A DNA stretch of 44,494 nt from an uncultured Candidatus Saccharibacteria bacterium (GTDB taxonomy: Bacteria > Patescibacteriota > Minisyncoccia > Phycocordibacterales > UBA918). Under the pieces are notes generated by a model that saw only the letters and a program-made list of their open reading frames with translations, was not told the origin of the DNA and did no database searches. This document shows, piece after piece, positions 27,779 to 36,072 of the stretch; position 1 is the stretch's first letter; the number at the start of each line of letters is the position of its first letter. The position numbers were made by a program, and so were the translations under genes. The stretch is taken from contig CAYFXS010000001.1 of the NCBI GenBank assembly GCA_964347215.1, positions 1 through 44,494 of the forward strand, read 5' to 3'.

Positions 27779-29062
27779 ATGTCAGAGCATAAGGAAATTC
27801 AAAATGTTGTTTTAGTAGTCTGTGATTCATTATCAGCCATGCGTATGTCGTTGTATGGCCATAGACGTAAAACCACACCTAGAATCGACGCTTTTTTCCA
27901 ACAAAAAGGTGAGGTGTACTCCAATGTCCGCAGTAATGCTTCGTGGACTTTTCTCTCTTTTCCGTCATTGTTTCGGTCACAGATGCCGTCAGGCATCACG
28001 GTTAAAGAGTTGAGTAGTAACAGCAATTCTTTTACTAAAATTTTAGAAGCCAGTAATGTTTCGACGTATGGTATTGGCTATGAGGGAGAGAGGGCTATTT
28101 TACAGAATATACGGCAAGCCTTTCCTTCAGAGAAAATGTTTGCTTTTCCTTCTGGTGTTGAAGACAAGTCAGTTTATCAAATGTATCGTCAGGCCCTAGA
28201 TTTGCTGAAGAATAAAAACGAAGAAAAAAAAATTATATTACTACATGAAATGGGGGTGCATATGCCTTATGACCCCGCATCTAAGTACCGCACACTTTTT
28301 GGTAAAGATGTCATTCCAGATTCGGAGGTGGTAACTAAGGAAATGATATCCCCTATTCAGTATCAACAATATGACAATGTTTTTTCTAATCGAGTAAGAA
28401 GGCTTTACGATCAAGGGGTGAGAGAGTTTGATGATCGCTTCAGTGATTTTTTAGAACAAATAGACGAAGACATATTACGTAAAACGTTGGTTATTCTTAC
28501 TGCTGACCATGGTGAAACATTTGGATCTCGTGATAATGAGTATAATCACGGTACTCATCTGTGTGATGACTTGCTGCGGGTTCCATTATGTATTTATGAT
28601 CCTACTTCTAAAACAGGGAGGAGTATCGCTCCGTTTTCATTACTAGATTTAGCGCCAACTATTTTAGACCGACTGAATATCGGCATCCCGTCTCAGTATG
28701 AAGGTGTGCCAATCAATTTAAGTCAAACTAATCAAATGGAACGTCCTATATTGGCTGAAGGTAGGCGTAGTTCTGAAATTGCACCACGTGAGAACTTGCA
28801 ACACTTGGTGACTCATTATTCTGATAGATTCATACTTGATCCAGTTACACAAAAGACTGTGGTTATTGGAAAGTATAAGTACCATATATACGCAGTTGGT
28901 TTTGCTATTAAGGAGTATGTATACGATCTTGAAGTTGATCCGTTTGAAATGAACGATCTGTTGAAGCAGTCAGAAACTTTAAGTGAGAAGGTGAGAGAGT
29001 TTCATATTCGGGCGAGGAGTTTGGCTGATGTGAGAGGGGTTGTAGATAAGTTTATAAAATAA
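27779..29062 (+). CDS. Alkaline-phosphatase-superfamily (sulfatase-fold) enzyme without the formylglycine motif
   Basis: It has an N-terminal metal-site Asp (VVLVVCDSLSA), the LTADHGETFG motif and LLDLAPTIL. The nucleophile region reads NASWTFLSFPSLF rather than C/S-x-P-x-R. No signal peptide or TM helix is present. Confidence 0.7.
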   Translation: MSEHKEIQNVVLVVCDSLSAMRMSLYGHRRKTTPRIDAFFQQKGEVYSNVRSNASWTFLSFPSLFRSQMPSGITVKELSSNSNSFTKILEASNVSTYGIGYEGERAILQNIRQAFPSEKMFAFPSGVEDKSVYQMYRQALDLLKNKNEEKKIILLHEMGVHMPYDPASKYRTLFGKDVIPDSEVVTKEMISPIQYQQYDNVFSNRVRRLYDQGVREFDDRFSDFLEQIDEDILRKTLVILTADHGETFGSRDNEYNHGTHLCDDLLRVPLCIYDPTSKTGRSIAPFSLLDLAPTILDRLNIGIPSQYEGVPINLSQTNQMERPILAEGRRSSEIAPRENLQHLVTHYSDRFILDPVTQKTVVIGKYKYHIYAVGFAIKEYVYDLEVDPFEMNDLLKQSETLSEKVREFHIRARSLADVRGVVDKFIK

Positions 29063-29067
29063 CTAAT

Positions 29068-30681
29068 ATGGAAAAGATAAAGGAATTTATACAGAACGAA
29101 GTTATTAATAACAGCTACCAGGTCAATCCTTTTGATCCTTTCGATGTGGGGTATATTTTTGATTTTAAAAAACACATATTAAAACCAGATAAATTGGATT
29201 TAGTGGCGGAAGCGCTTTATGAAAAAATTAATAATCTGGATAATTACCAGCTAGGTGGTCTGGAAACCACGGCAGTTTTTTTAGTGACAAAATTATTATT
29301 GCTAGCTAAGCGTGATGGTAAAAATGTTAATGGTTTTTATATTAAAAAAACAGGTAGTCGATTAAATATTGAAAAAAATATCTGTGGTCAATTAAATAAT
29401 AATCCAATTATATTGGTAGACGATTTGATTAATTCTGGTTACGCAACTTTGAAGCAGGTGGATATGCTCAGTTCTCTTGGCTATAGGGTTAGTGGAGTTT
29501 TGGTGGCAGTTGCCTTCAAGTCGTTGTCTAAGTATAGTCCTATCACTGATAGGCAAATTGAGATAATGAGCTTATTTAATAAGAGTGAGTTTGTTATTGA
29601 AAAACCTATGCATAGACACTTTGCCGATGGGTTCCCTGCAAAAGGGTGGGTACAAAATTTCAATAAAGGTATTGTAGATATTGCTGTCAGCTCAGTGTCA
29701 GGTGTGTTATTGGTGTTAACAGCTGATGGCTTTGCATATATTTTGAATGGACAGTCAGGAGAAGTTTACAATCGGACTTTTGCTGGTTTTGGATTAAAGA
29801 TAGTTTCTGCGGCCGGTGACCAGTTTCTTTTGCAGGGTGATGATAGATTTTTATGGCTTGATGCGGTGAATGTGAAGATGGTCGGGGAAGTCTTGAGGGA
29901 GTTCAACTCTATTGCCTACGTTGACCAGGAAGAGTGTGTGATAGTTCTTGGGCTGGAAGAAGGAGTTGTTTATTTATCTAGTTACAAAAAACATGAAATC
30001 CAACCCTTTAAGAAAACTAAACTAGATCATTCGTTCACAGATGTAAAATATTTTGCTAATTGCCCTGTAATATTTTTACTTTCAGAATCAGGTACCATTG
30101 CTGGTTTTTCTCTAGAATCAAATAAAATAATTTGGCTACAAAAATTGGAGCTAGGTAAGCACATTTGGTCTGCCGCTAAATCCAATTTTAATAAATTTAC
30201 CTTCGACGTCGGTAGTGGTCAGGTGGCTTTTGGGACGGAGGGGGGATTATTGTTTGTGGTAGACATCGAGACTGGTGAGATTGTTTTGCAGCAACACTTA
30301 GATTACCTAGATACTGTTGTCAGGTCTCCGATGAGGTCTGCACCCGTTCTACATGATGGTAAATGTTATTTTGCTGGTTGGGATAAATTGATCACCAAGG
30401 CTTCTTTAGATAGTAAGGAGTTTGAATATCAAATGCCAGTTGGCAGCAAAATCAATGAACTATATAAAGATAAAGGAGATTGCTTGTGGGCTTTTGGGAA
30501 CAACGGAAAGATTTTTCGGTTACACACATCAAATTTTACTTTTTGCCTTAAACTATCGCTAGTGACATTGAAGGGGTTAGATAAAGTTGTTTATAATGAT
30601 GTCGAGGATAACTTTATTGTACTAACTGATAAGCAAACATTAACTTTAATTACTGATATTAAACATGAAACAAGACTCTAG
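29068..30681 (+). CDS. Second fusion protein: type I phosphoribosyltransferase domain plus degenerate beta-propeller
   Basis: The N-terminus parallels the 25994-27682 product (NLDNYQLGGLETTAVFL..., PRPP loop IILVDDLINSGYAT). The C-terminus has degenerate G-x-phi-phi-x-phi-D-x-x-x-G-E-phi repeats (GGLLFVVDIETGEIV, ADGFAYILNGQSGEV). Confidence 0.7.
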   Translation: MEKIKEFIQNEVINNSYQVNPFDPFDVGYIFDFKKHILKPDKLDLVAEALYEKINNLDNYQLGGLETTAVFLVTKLLLLAKRDGKNVNGFYIKKTGSRLNIEKNICGQLNNNPIILVDDLINSGYATLKQVDMLSSLGYRVSGVLVAVAFKSLSKYSPITDRQIEIMSLFNKSEFVIEKPMHRHFADGFPAKGWVQNFNKGIVDIAVSSVSGVLLVLTADGFAYILNGQSGEVYNRTFAGFGLKIVSAAGDQFLLQGDDRFLWLDAVNVKMVGEVLREFNSIAYVDQEECVIVLGLEEGVVYLSSYKKHEIQPFKKTKLDHSFTDVKYFANCPVIFLLSESGTIAGFSLESNKIIWLQKLELGKHIWSAAKSNFNKFTFDVGSGQVAFGTEGGLLFVVDIETGEIVLQQHLDYLDTVVRSPMRSAPVLHDGKCYFAGWDKLITKASLDSKEFEYQMPVGSKINELYKDKGDCLWAFGNNGKIFRLHTSNFTFCLKLSLVTLKGLDKVVYNDVEDNFIVLTDKQTLTLITDIKHETRL

Positions 30682-31627
30682 ACACCTGTATCACAATATC
30701 TGCAACAGTTCGTTATTTGTCAGTGATTTTTTAGCTAAAAATGCAGAGATAATTAAGCAGGACACACTTTTTATGCCTAGTCAGCTTGAGTTTCTTTGGA
30801 ATGCTGAAGAACACCGTGACGATTATATGTACGCAGAGCAGTTAACCTATGCTGTTAATCAGTTGAGTAGATTGATCGCTCCTTTATCGGTCTTTGAGCA
30901 ACTGACTGCTGACTGGACTGATTTGGAGGTGCGTGCTGCTGAAGAAGTTATAGCTAGGGCATTGCGAGCAAAAAGTTTATCACGTCGTCAAAAAATAAAA
31001 TCCTTGTTGGTACGATATATGTTGCGTAACTTGTTTGTGTCAAAAGTTAAAAAAGGGCAGGGTGACCAGCGTTTTGTGGTAAAGGTAGCAGATTTTGATC
31101 CGACTCCATTGCGTGCTGAGCTTAATAAACTCAATCCTCATTGGTGGTCTATTGATACGAGGAGGCAGAATAATATAACGCATCATCAGAAAACATGGTC
31201 ATTAATTTTACGGCAGTCACCAAATAAAACTGAATTTTATAAACCCATTGATCAAAAGCACGAAAGTCTGGCTACTTTAACGGCTGATTTGTTGCCCAAG
31301 ACACATGCGGCAATCTTACAGTTGGCTAATGAGCTAGGTATTGGTTTAGGTAGGGTGGCAGTGGTGAAGTTGCGACCCAAAGCTCAAGCTTATAGACATT
31401 ATGATTCAGAACGACATTTGGCGGGACGTAAACGGTATCATTTAGTATTAGATTCAGCTCAGAGCGGAAATATTTTAGAGTCAGGCAGCGAACGGGTGGA
31501 GGTTAAGCCGGGGGAAGTGTGGTTTTTTGATAATAAAGCTATGCATCGAGCGGTTAATAACTCAGACCAGTATCGAGTACATGTGATATTTGATGGTTAT
31601 CCCCTAAATGAAAAAGTTGATTACTAG
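30665..31627 (+). CDS. Aspartyl/asparaginyl beta-hydroxylase-family (cupin, 2-oxoglutarate/Fe(II)) protein
   Basis: The C-terminal region is YRHYDSERHLAGRKRYHLVL...VKPGEVWFFDNKAMHRAVNNSDQYRVHVIFD, which matches the H-x-D...H facial triad and W-F-D-x-x-x-x-H signature of that family. It overlaps the upstream gene by 17 nt. Confidence 0.65.
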   Translation: MKQDSRHLYHNICNSSLFVSDFLAKNAEIIKQDTLFMPSQLEFLWNAEEHRDDYMYAEQLTYAVNQLSRLIAPLSVFEQLTADWTDLEVRAAEEVIARALRAKSLSRRQKIKSLLVRYMLRNLFVSKVKKGQGDQRFVVKVADFDPTPLRAELNKLNPHWWSIDTRRQNNITHHQKTWSLILRQSPNKTEFYKPIDQKHESLATLTADLLPKTHAAILQLANELGIGLGRVAVVKLRPKAQAYRHYDSERHLAGRKRYHLVLDSAQSGNILESGSERVEVKPGEVWFFDNKAMHRAVNNSDQYRVHVIFDGYPLNEKVDY

Positions 31628-31667
31628 TCACAAGTGGTTACTTTAGTGGTATTATTTATTAAGCTTT

Positions 31668-32258
31668 ATGAACAAACAATTCAAATTTTTCTTATACGGT
31701 CTATTTGTGTTACCAATTCTTAATTTATTAGGTCTAACCCAGGAGGCTGGAGTTGAAGTTGAGCAACCGGCTCAAGAATTCAGTGTCACAAAACTTTTTA
31801 AAACAGTGCACGCAGACACTCCCTATTCACAGAGTTCTTATAGTTACTCCCAAAGCTCGTACTTTGCGGGTGATAGTGGTGATTCCGGCGACTCCGGTGA
31901 TGGTTATGAACCGCCAGCTGAACCACAGCCATCAGAGACGGTGGATTGTGTGAATGGCGCCAGTTATGAACAGCAGCCAGATGGCACCTACGACAGAACT
32001 GGCCCAGATGGTTCAGTTAGTAGTGGCTACACCGAAGCTTATGTTGAGTCAGTTTGTGGCTGTGATGTGGGGGCACCGGGTTACGCTTATTCACAGGCTG
32101 CCTACTACTCAGAATCTTCTTACTATTCTGAGTCAGGTTATTCTGACAATAGTGCTGGTATGGGCTATTCAGAATCCGGCTATTCAGGAGGGGGTTCTTC
32201 TGGTGGTACCAGTGGATACACCGGCGGCTATACCAGTGGTTATTGTCCAGCACCATAG
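31668..32258 (+). CDS. Secreted Ser/Tyr/Gly/Asp-rich low-complexity protein
   Basis: It has an N-terminal hydrophobic signal, YSQSSYSYSQSSYFAGDSGDSGDSGDGYEP, a central region with 3 Cys, and a tail YSESSYYSESGYS...GGYTSGYCPAP. Confidence 0.65.
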   Translation: MNKQFKFFLYGLFVLPILNLLGLTQEAGVEVEQPAQEFSVTKLFKTVHADTPYSQSSYSYSQSSYFAGDSGDSGDSGDGYEPPAEPQPSETVDCVNGASYEQQPDGTYDRTGPDGSVSSGYTEAYVESVCGCDVGAPGYAYSQAAYYSESSYYSESGYSDNSAGMGYSESGYSGGGSSGGTSGYTGGYTSGYCPAP

Positions 32259-32341
32259 TTTAAGCCTGTGCATGGGAATGTATGCCAAGCTTTGCAGTTG
32301 TTTTGTTATTAATTTTAGTAACCAGCTAATCAATCCAAATC

Positions 32342-33601
32342 ATGGAAAATAATTTTGAAATGAAATTGCCTGAGGAAAATAATTCCAGTGGTGATATATC
32401 CTCGGTAGAGACTGTTAAAAAAAATAGTAAGTTGCCCCTGATTGTAGGGTTTGTATTTCTACTTCTAGCTGGATTTACCGCTGTGTTTTTCTACTTAACG
32501 CAGGTAAAAGATGAAGTTGGTTCTGGTGGTGCCTATGGTATTACTGAAGGTGGGGATACTAGCTTGGGTGAATTGTATTCTAATGAGGTCGGTCCAGTTT
32601 CTTCTGAGGGTGATGAAAACTTCGGTATAACTGGCGGCCGTGTAACTGAAGAATTGGGAGGGGTAATTATATTCTCTAGTCGTAAACCAACTCCGGTGAC
32701 TCCAGATATTCAGATACATGCTTTAGATATTCTTTCTACCAACGGTTCTGGTGTAGTTAATCTAATTCCCGATTATTTCACTAGTGCGATGGCTTCTTTC
32801 ATTGATGTGTTTAATCCAGCTGATTTTTATTTGCTGGCGATGTCTAACACTTCTAGTGAGCAAGATCCAGACAAGCGAGCTATCCATCACTACAAGGCTG
32901 GTAAGGGTATCAAACCCCTTTATGAAACTTTTGGAGAAGCCGAGCGAAATCTGGATGTATCCACTGATGGTAGGTTTGTTACCTTCAATCGAAAAATTAC
33001 TGAGTCAGACAGTTATACTGACTCAGTGTACATAAACAATTGGGAATCAGCCGTACTGGACACAGAGTCAGGTGAATTAGTAGCAGTTATTCCGCACTCC
33101 TGGTCTCCTGAACTTGTTGATAACGGCCAGTATTTAGTTTATTTAAAGAAAGATGGATTATTCTCTTATGACATGTCCACCGGCCTTGAGTCACCATTGG
33201 TTAGAGTGAGTGATGGTCAAGTTAATGCTACTGGTATGCTAGATGTCTCCAATGATGATTCACAATTACTTTGGACAACTGCTAAGCGCGGCTTAATTAC
33301 CTTGTTTAATTTAACTACTGATGCAGAGGCTGAGTTTGATAAGGTTTCGGTAAAAGCAATAGGACAGATAAGTGAGGAGGGGAGTGAGTTTTATGCACCA
33401 AAATTTTCACCAGGTGGTGAATACTATGTTGTTCAAGCAATTGATGTTTTGAAGGGCGATGATTTTCTTAGAAAAAATCCCCGTTTAGAAATTCGGGCAA
33501 TAACAGGACGTGGGGTGGTTATGTCGCACGATATTTCAGACTTCTGGTTTGATTCTTTCTTCACTGATCAATGGCTTGCCAAGATGCCTAATTTGAATTA
33601 G
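32342..33601 (+). CDS. Membrane-anchored extracytoplasmic protein, possibly TolB-like beta-propeller
   Basis: It has a single TM helix (LPLIVGFVFLLLAGFTAVFFYL) and repeated S-x-DG/SPGG-x-x-phi-phi blade-like motifs (VSTDGRFVTF, FSPGGEYYVV, NGQYLVYL). The fold call is weak. Confidence 0.45.
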   Translation: MENNFEMKLPEENNSSGDISSVETVKKNSKLPLIVGFVFLLLAGFTAVFFYLTQVKDEVGSGGAYGITEGGDTSLGELYSNEVGPVSSEGDENFGITGGRVTEELGGVIIFSSRKPTPVTPDIQIHALDILSTNGSGVVNLIPDYFTSAMASFIDVFNPADFYLLAMSNTSSEQDPDKRAIHHYKAGKGIKPLYETFGEAERNLDVSTDGRFVTFNRKITESDSYTDSVYINNWESAVLDTESGELVAVIPHSWSPELVDNGQYLVYLKKDGLFSYDMSTGLESPLVRVSDGQVNATGMLDVSNDDSQLLWTTAKRGLITLFNLTTDAEAEFDKVSVKAIGQISEEGSEFYAPKFSPGGEYYVVQAIDVLKGDDFLRKNPRLEIRAITGRGVVMSHDISDFWFDSFFTDQWLAKMPNLN

Positions 33602-33615
33602 TAACTGGTCACGTT

Positions 33616-34407
33616 ATGTCTTGGCGTTTACTGATAAAAGTTGGAGTACCGGTCCTGATTTTAGCAGGGCTGGTTTTCTTTTATGATAAATTTGCACCTT
33701 GTGACAAAGTTTGTCAGTGGCAAAGGGATGATGATTATTTTGCTTTAGGGCAATATTACTTTAACCATGATGATAATCCTGCTGGTCCTTATGATCTAGC
33801 CTTGGCGAGGTTGAATTACGAAAAAGCTATAGCAGCTGATCCGGAACAGAATAATTTACTCTGGTATCAGTTGGGAAGGATTGATTTTTTAGAGGGTAAA
33901 TTTGCTGATGCATTAGAGAAATTTACGATGCAGGAAAACTTGTTTGGTGACCAACTACCAAATGTGTACTATATGACAGCCTTAACTTATGGTTACCAAG
34001 CTCGTCGTGATAATGATGCTGAGTCATGGTTGTTAGCAGAATTTTATTTCAAAAAATTCATTAGTTACGCTCCAGAAGCTCCTTGGTCAAGGGTAGACTT
34101 AGCTTGGGTTTATTTTTCTCAAGGTAAGTTTTTAGAAATGATCCCAGTGTTAGAGGAGGGGCTTGTTCATGAGTCTGATAATCCTTGGCTGCTAAATATG
34201 TATGGCTTAGCGGTTATGAATACCAGTCAAGATAAAACTACTGCCAAGCCTTATTTTGAGCAGGCACTAGCTAAGGCGAATAAATTGACTGAGGTTGATT
34301 GGGGGCAGACTTATCCGGGCAACGACCCTTATTTTTGGAATGATGGTTTAGAAGAATTTAGGTCGCTGATTGGCAAAAATTTAGACTTGGCCAGTAATAC
34401 ACAATAA
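33616..34407 (+). CDS. Membrane-anchored TPR-like repeat protein
   Basis: It has an N-terminal TM helix and helical-repeat patterns with W/Y/A/L spacing (YEKAIAADPEQNNLLWYQLGRIDFLEGKFADALEKF...). Confidence 0.55.
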   Translation: MSWRLLIKVGVPVLILAGLVFFYDKFAPCDKVCQWQRDDDYFALGQYYFNHDDNPAGPYDLALARLNYEKAIAADPEQNNLLWYQLGRIDFLEGKFADALEKFTMQENLFGDQLPNVYYMTALTYGYQARRDNDAESWLLAEFYFKKFISYAPEAPWSRVDLAWVYFSQGKFLEMIPVLEEGLVHESDNPWLLNMYGLAVMNTSQDKTTAKPYFEQALAKANKLTEVDWGQTYPGNDPYFWNDGLEEFRSLIGKNLDLASNTQ

Positions 34408-34445
34408 GTCAACCAGAAGAATCTTTTTGTGACATAATAGTAAAT

Positions 34446-35690
34446 ATGGAAATAATAGCTGGTTTTATTTTAGCTCTCACAAGCTTACTAGGATTTAATA
34501 ATTTACAAGACACCGAACATCTTGCTTCGGTGGAGTTAGGTTTGGCTGAAGTCTCGCCTTTAGGAGAAGAAGGAGGGTATGCAGTGCCAGCTAGTGGTTG
34601 TTCTTACATTACTCAGTTGGACTCACATGGAGAAATTTGTGTTAGCGATATCCCTCTGTCGTTAGAATTAGACGCTTTTCCTAATCCTACCACTTACAAT
34701 GGCTCGACTATGTTGGATTGGACTGTTTACGGTGCTACTGGTTGTGATGCTAGCGATGGGTGGTCTGGCGGTAAAGATGCTGGAGATGGTTCTTGGTACC
34801 AAATTGTAAATAATTTAACCGCTACCACTACTTTCACTCTGACCTGCTATGACGACGTGGGTAATTCAGTAGTTGATACGGTAACCGTAGGGGTTATTGA
34901 ACCTGATTTATCGGGTGGAGTGTCTGTTTCTATAACAGCTGATCCTCTGGAGGTGATGCGTGGTTTAGGAACGGCAGTTTTGTGGGAAGTTAGAAATGCA
35001 ACTGATTGTACCGCTAGCGGTGGTTGGTCTGGTAGTAAGAACAGTAACACCGGTAATCATGCTCAGTTTGTCGACAACCTACAGTCGGATACAACTTTCA
35101 CTATCACATGTATTGATGGTTCAGGAGGTAGTGCTACAGATAGTGTGACAGTAACTGTCATTAATAACCTAAATTCACCTTCGGTAGAACTCTTCGCTGA
35201 TCCGTTAGTTGTTGAATATGATGGTTCGACACAGTTAACTTGGTTTGTAGCTAACTCAAACAGTTGTTCTGCCAGTAATGGCTGGTCTGGTAGTAAGTCT
35301 AGCTCTGATGGTCAGCATAACCAGACAGTGAACAACATCATAGCCACTACAACTTTTGAGATTACTTGTACCGATGGTAGTGATAGTGATTATGATGAGG
35401 TTACAGTTTTCTTAACCTATCCTGAGCCAACTATCACAGCTACACCGCAGGTGGTGAAACCTGGTGAAGATGTAACTATTGAATGGGACCCACAAGCTTA
35501 TACTGACTGTACATTGTCTTCCAATTTAGAAAATGATCCAGACTTCATTGCTGACGGTAAGTCTGCTAACATAGCTGATACCTTTGTGGTAAATCCGACT
35601 GGTCAAACCACTTACTCTATCTATTGTGCCACTAGCGGTTCAGGAGCAGAGGTGGATGTGCATGTGGTGCCAGTAATTGAGGAAACTTAG
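34446..35690 (+). CDS. Secreted protein with four tandem ~90-aa two-cysteine Ig-like repeats
   Basis: The repeats are ...LDWTVYGATGCDASDGWSGGK...TTFTLTCYD..., ...LWEVRNATDCTASGGWSGSK...TTFTITCID..., ...LTWFVANSNSCSASNGWSGSK...TTFEITCTD..., and a divergent fourth (IEWDPQAYTDC...TTYSIYCAT). Confidence 0.7.
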   Translation: MEIIAGFILALTSLLGFNNLQDTEHLASVELGLAEVSPLGEEGGYAVPASGCSYITQLDSHGEICVSDIPLSLELDAFPNPTTYNGSTMLDWTVYGATGCDASDGWSGGKDAGDGSWYQIVNNLTATTTFTLTCYDDVGNSVVDTVTVGVIEPDLSGGVSVSITADPLEVMRGLGTAVLWEVRNATDCTASGGWSGSKNSNTGNHAQFVDNLQSDTTFTITCIDGSGGSATDSVTVTVINNLNSPSVELFADPLVVEYDGSTQLTWFVANSNSCSASNGWSGSKSSSDGQHNQTVNNIIATTTFEITCTDGSDSDYDEVTVFLTYPEPTITATPQVVKPGEDVTIEWDPQAYTDCTLSSNLENDPDFIADGKSANIADTFVVNPTGQTTYSIYCATSGSGAEVDVHVVPVIEET

Positions 35691-35702
35691 GATTAAAACT
35701 GC

Positions 35703-35731
35703 TTGCAATTTCTATTTTGCTACTGTATAGT
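35703..35731 (+). promoter_or_regulatory. Sigma70-like promoter for rpsT
   Basis: TTGCAA (35703-35708), a 17-nt spacer, then TATAGT (35726-35731), 20 nt upstream of the rpsT ATG. Confidence 0.5.
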
Positions 35732-35751
35732 TGCGCCACTAGAAATTAAGT

Positions 35752-36015
35752 ATGCCAATTACTAAAGGAGCAAAAAAAGCGCATCGTTCATCCTTAAACA
35801 AGCGAGTTTACAACTTGCGACGTAGTCGGGTTATGAATGATGCTGTTAAAGACCTTCGTAAGCTGATTGCTGCAGGTAACACTTCAGAAGCTGAATCTAA
35901 GCTGGCTGGTGTCTATAAAGCAATTGATAAAGCAGCTAAGCGAGGAATTATTAAAGCTAATACTGCTGCACGCAAGAAATCACGTCTTGTGGCCGCTATC
36001 AACAAAGCAAAATAA
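35752..36015 (+). CDS. rpsT: 30S ribosomal protein S20
   Basis: An 87-aa basic helical protein (MPITKGAKKAHRSSLNKRVYNLRRSRV...KAIDKAAKRGIIKANTAARKKSRL). Confidence 0.88.
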   Translation: MPITKGAKKAHRSSLNKRVYNLRRSRVMNDAVKDLRKLIAAGNTSEAESKLAGVYKAIDKAAKRGIIKANTAARKKSRLVAAINKAK

Positions 36016-36042
36016 GCGCCCAACGGGCGCTTTTGCTTTTTT
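36015..36042 (+). terminator. Intrinsic terminator after rpsT
   Basis: agcgccc (36015-36021) pairs with gggcgct (36025-36031) and is followed by a T-rich run. Confidence 0.7.
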
Positions 36043-36072
36043 ATCTTAATCAACAGTTGGTATACTAACCAT

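Noticed and set aside
31753-32352. Alternative-frame ORFs 31753-31953, 31954-32352 (plus strand) and 32017-32256 (minus strand) overlapping the Ser/Tyr-rich gene.
   Set aside because: They are open only because of the low-complexity codon repetition. The frame with a signal peptide and a consistent start (31668) is the credible one.
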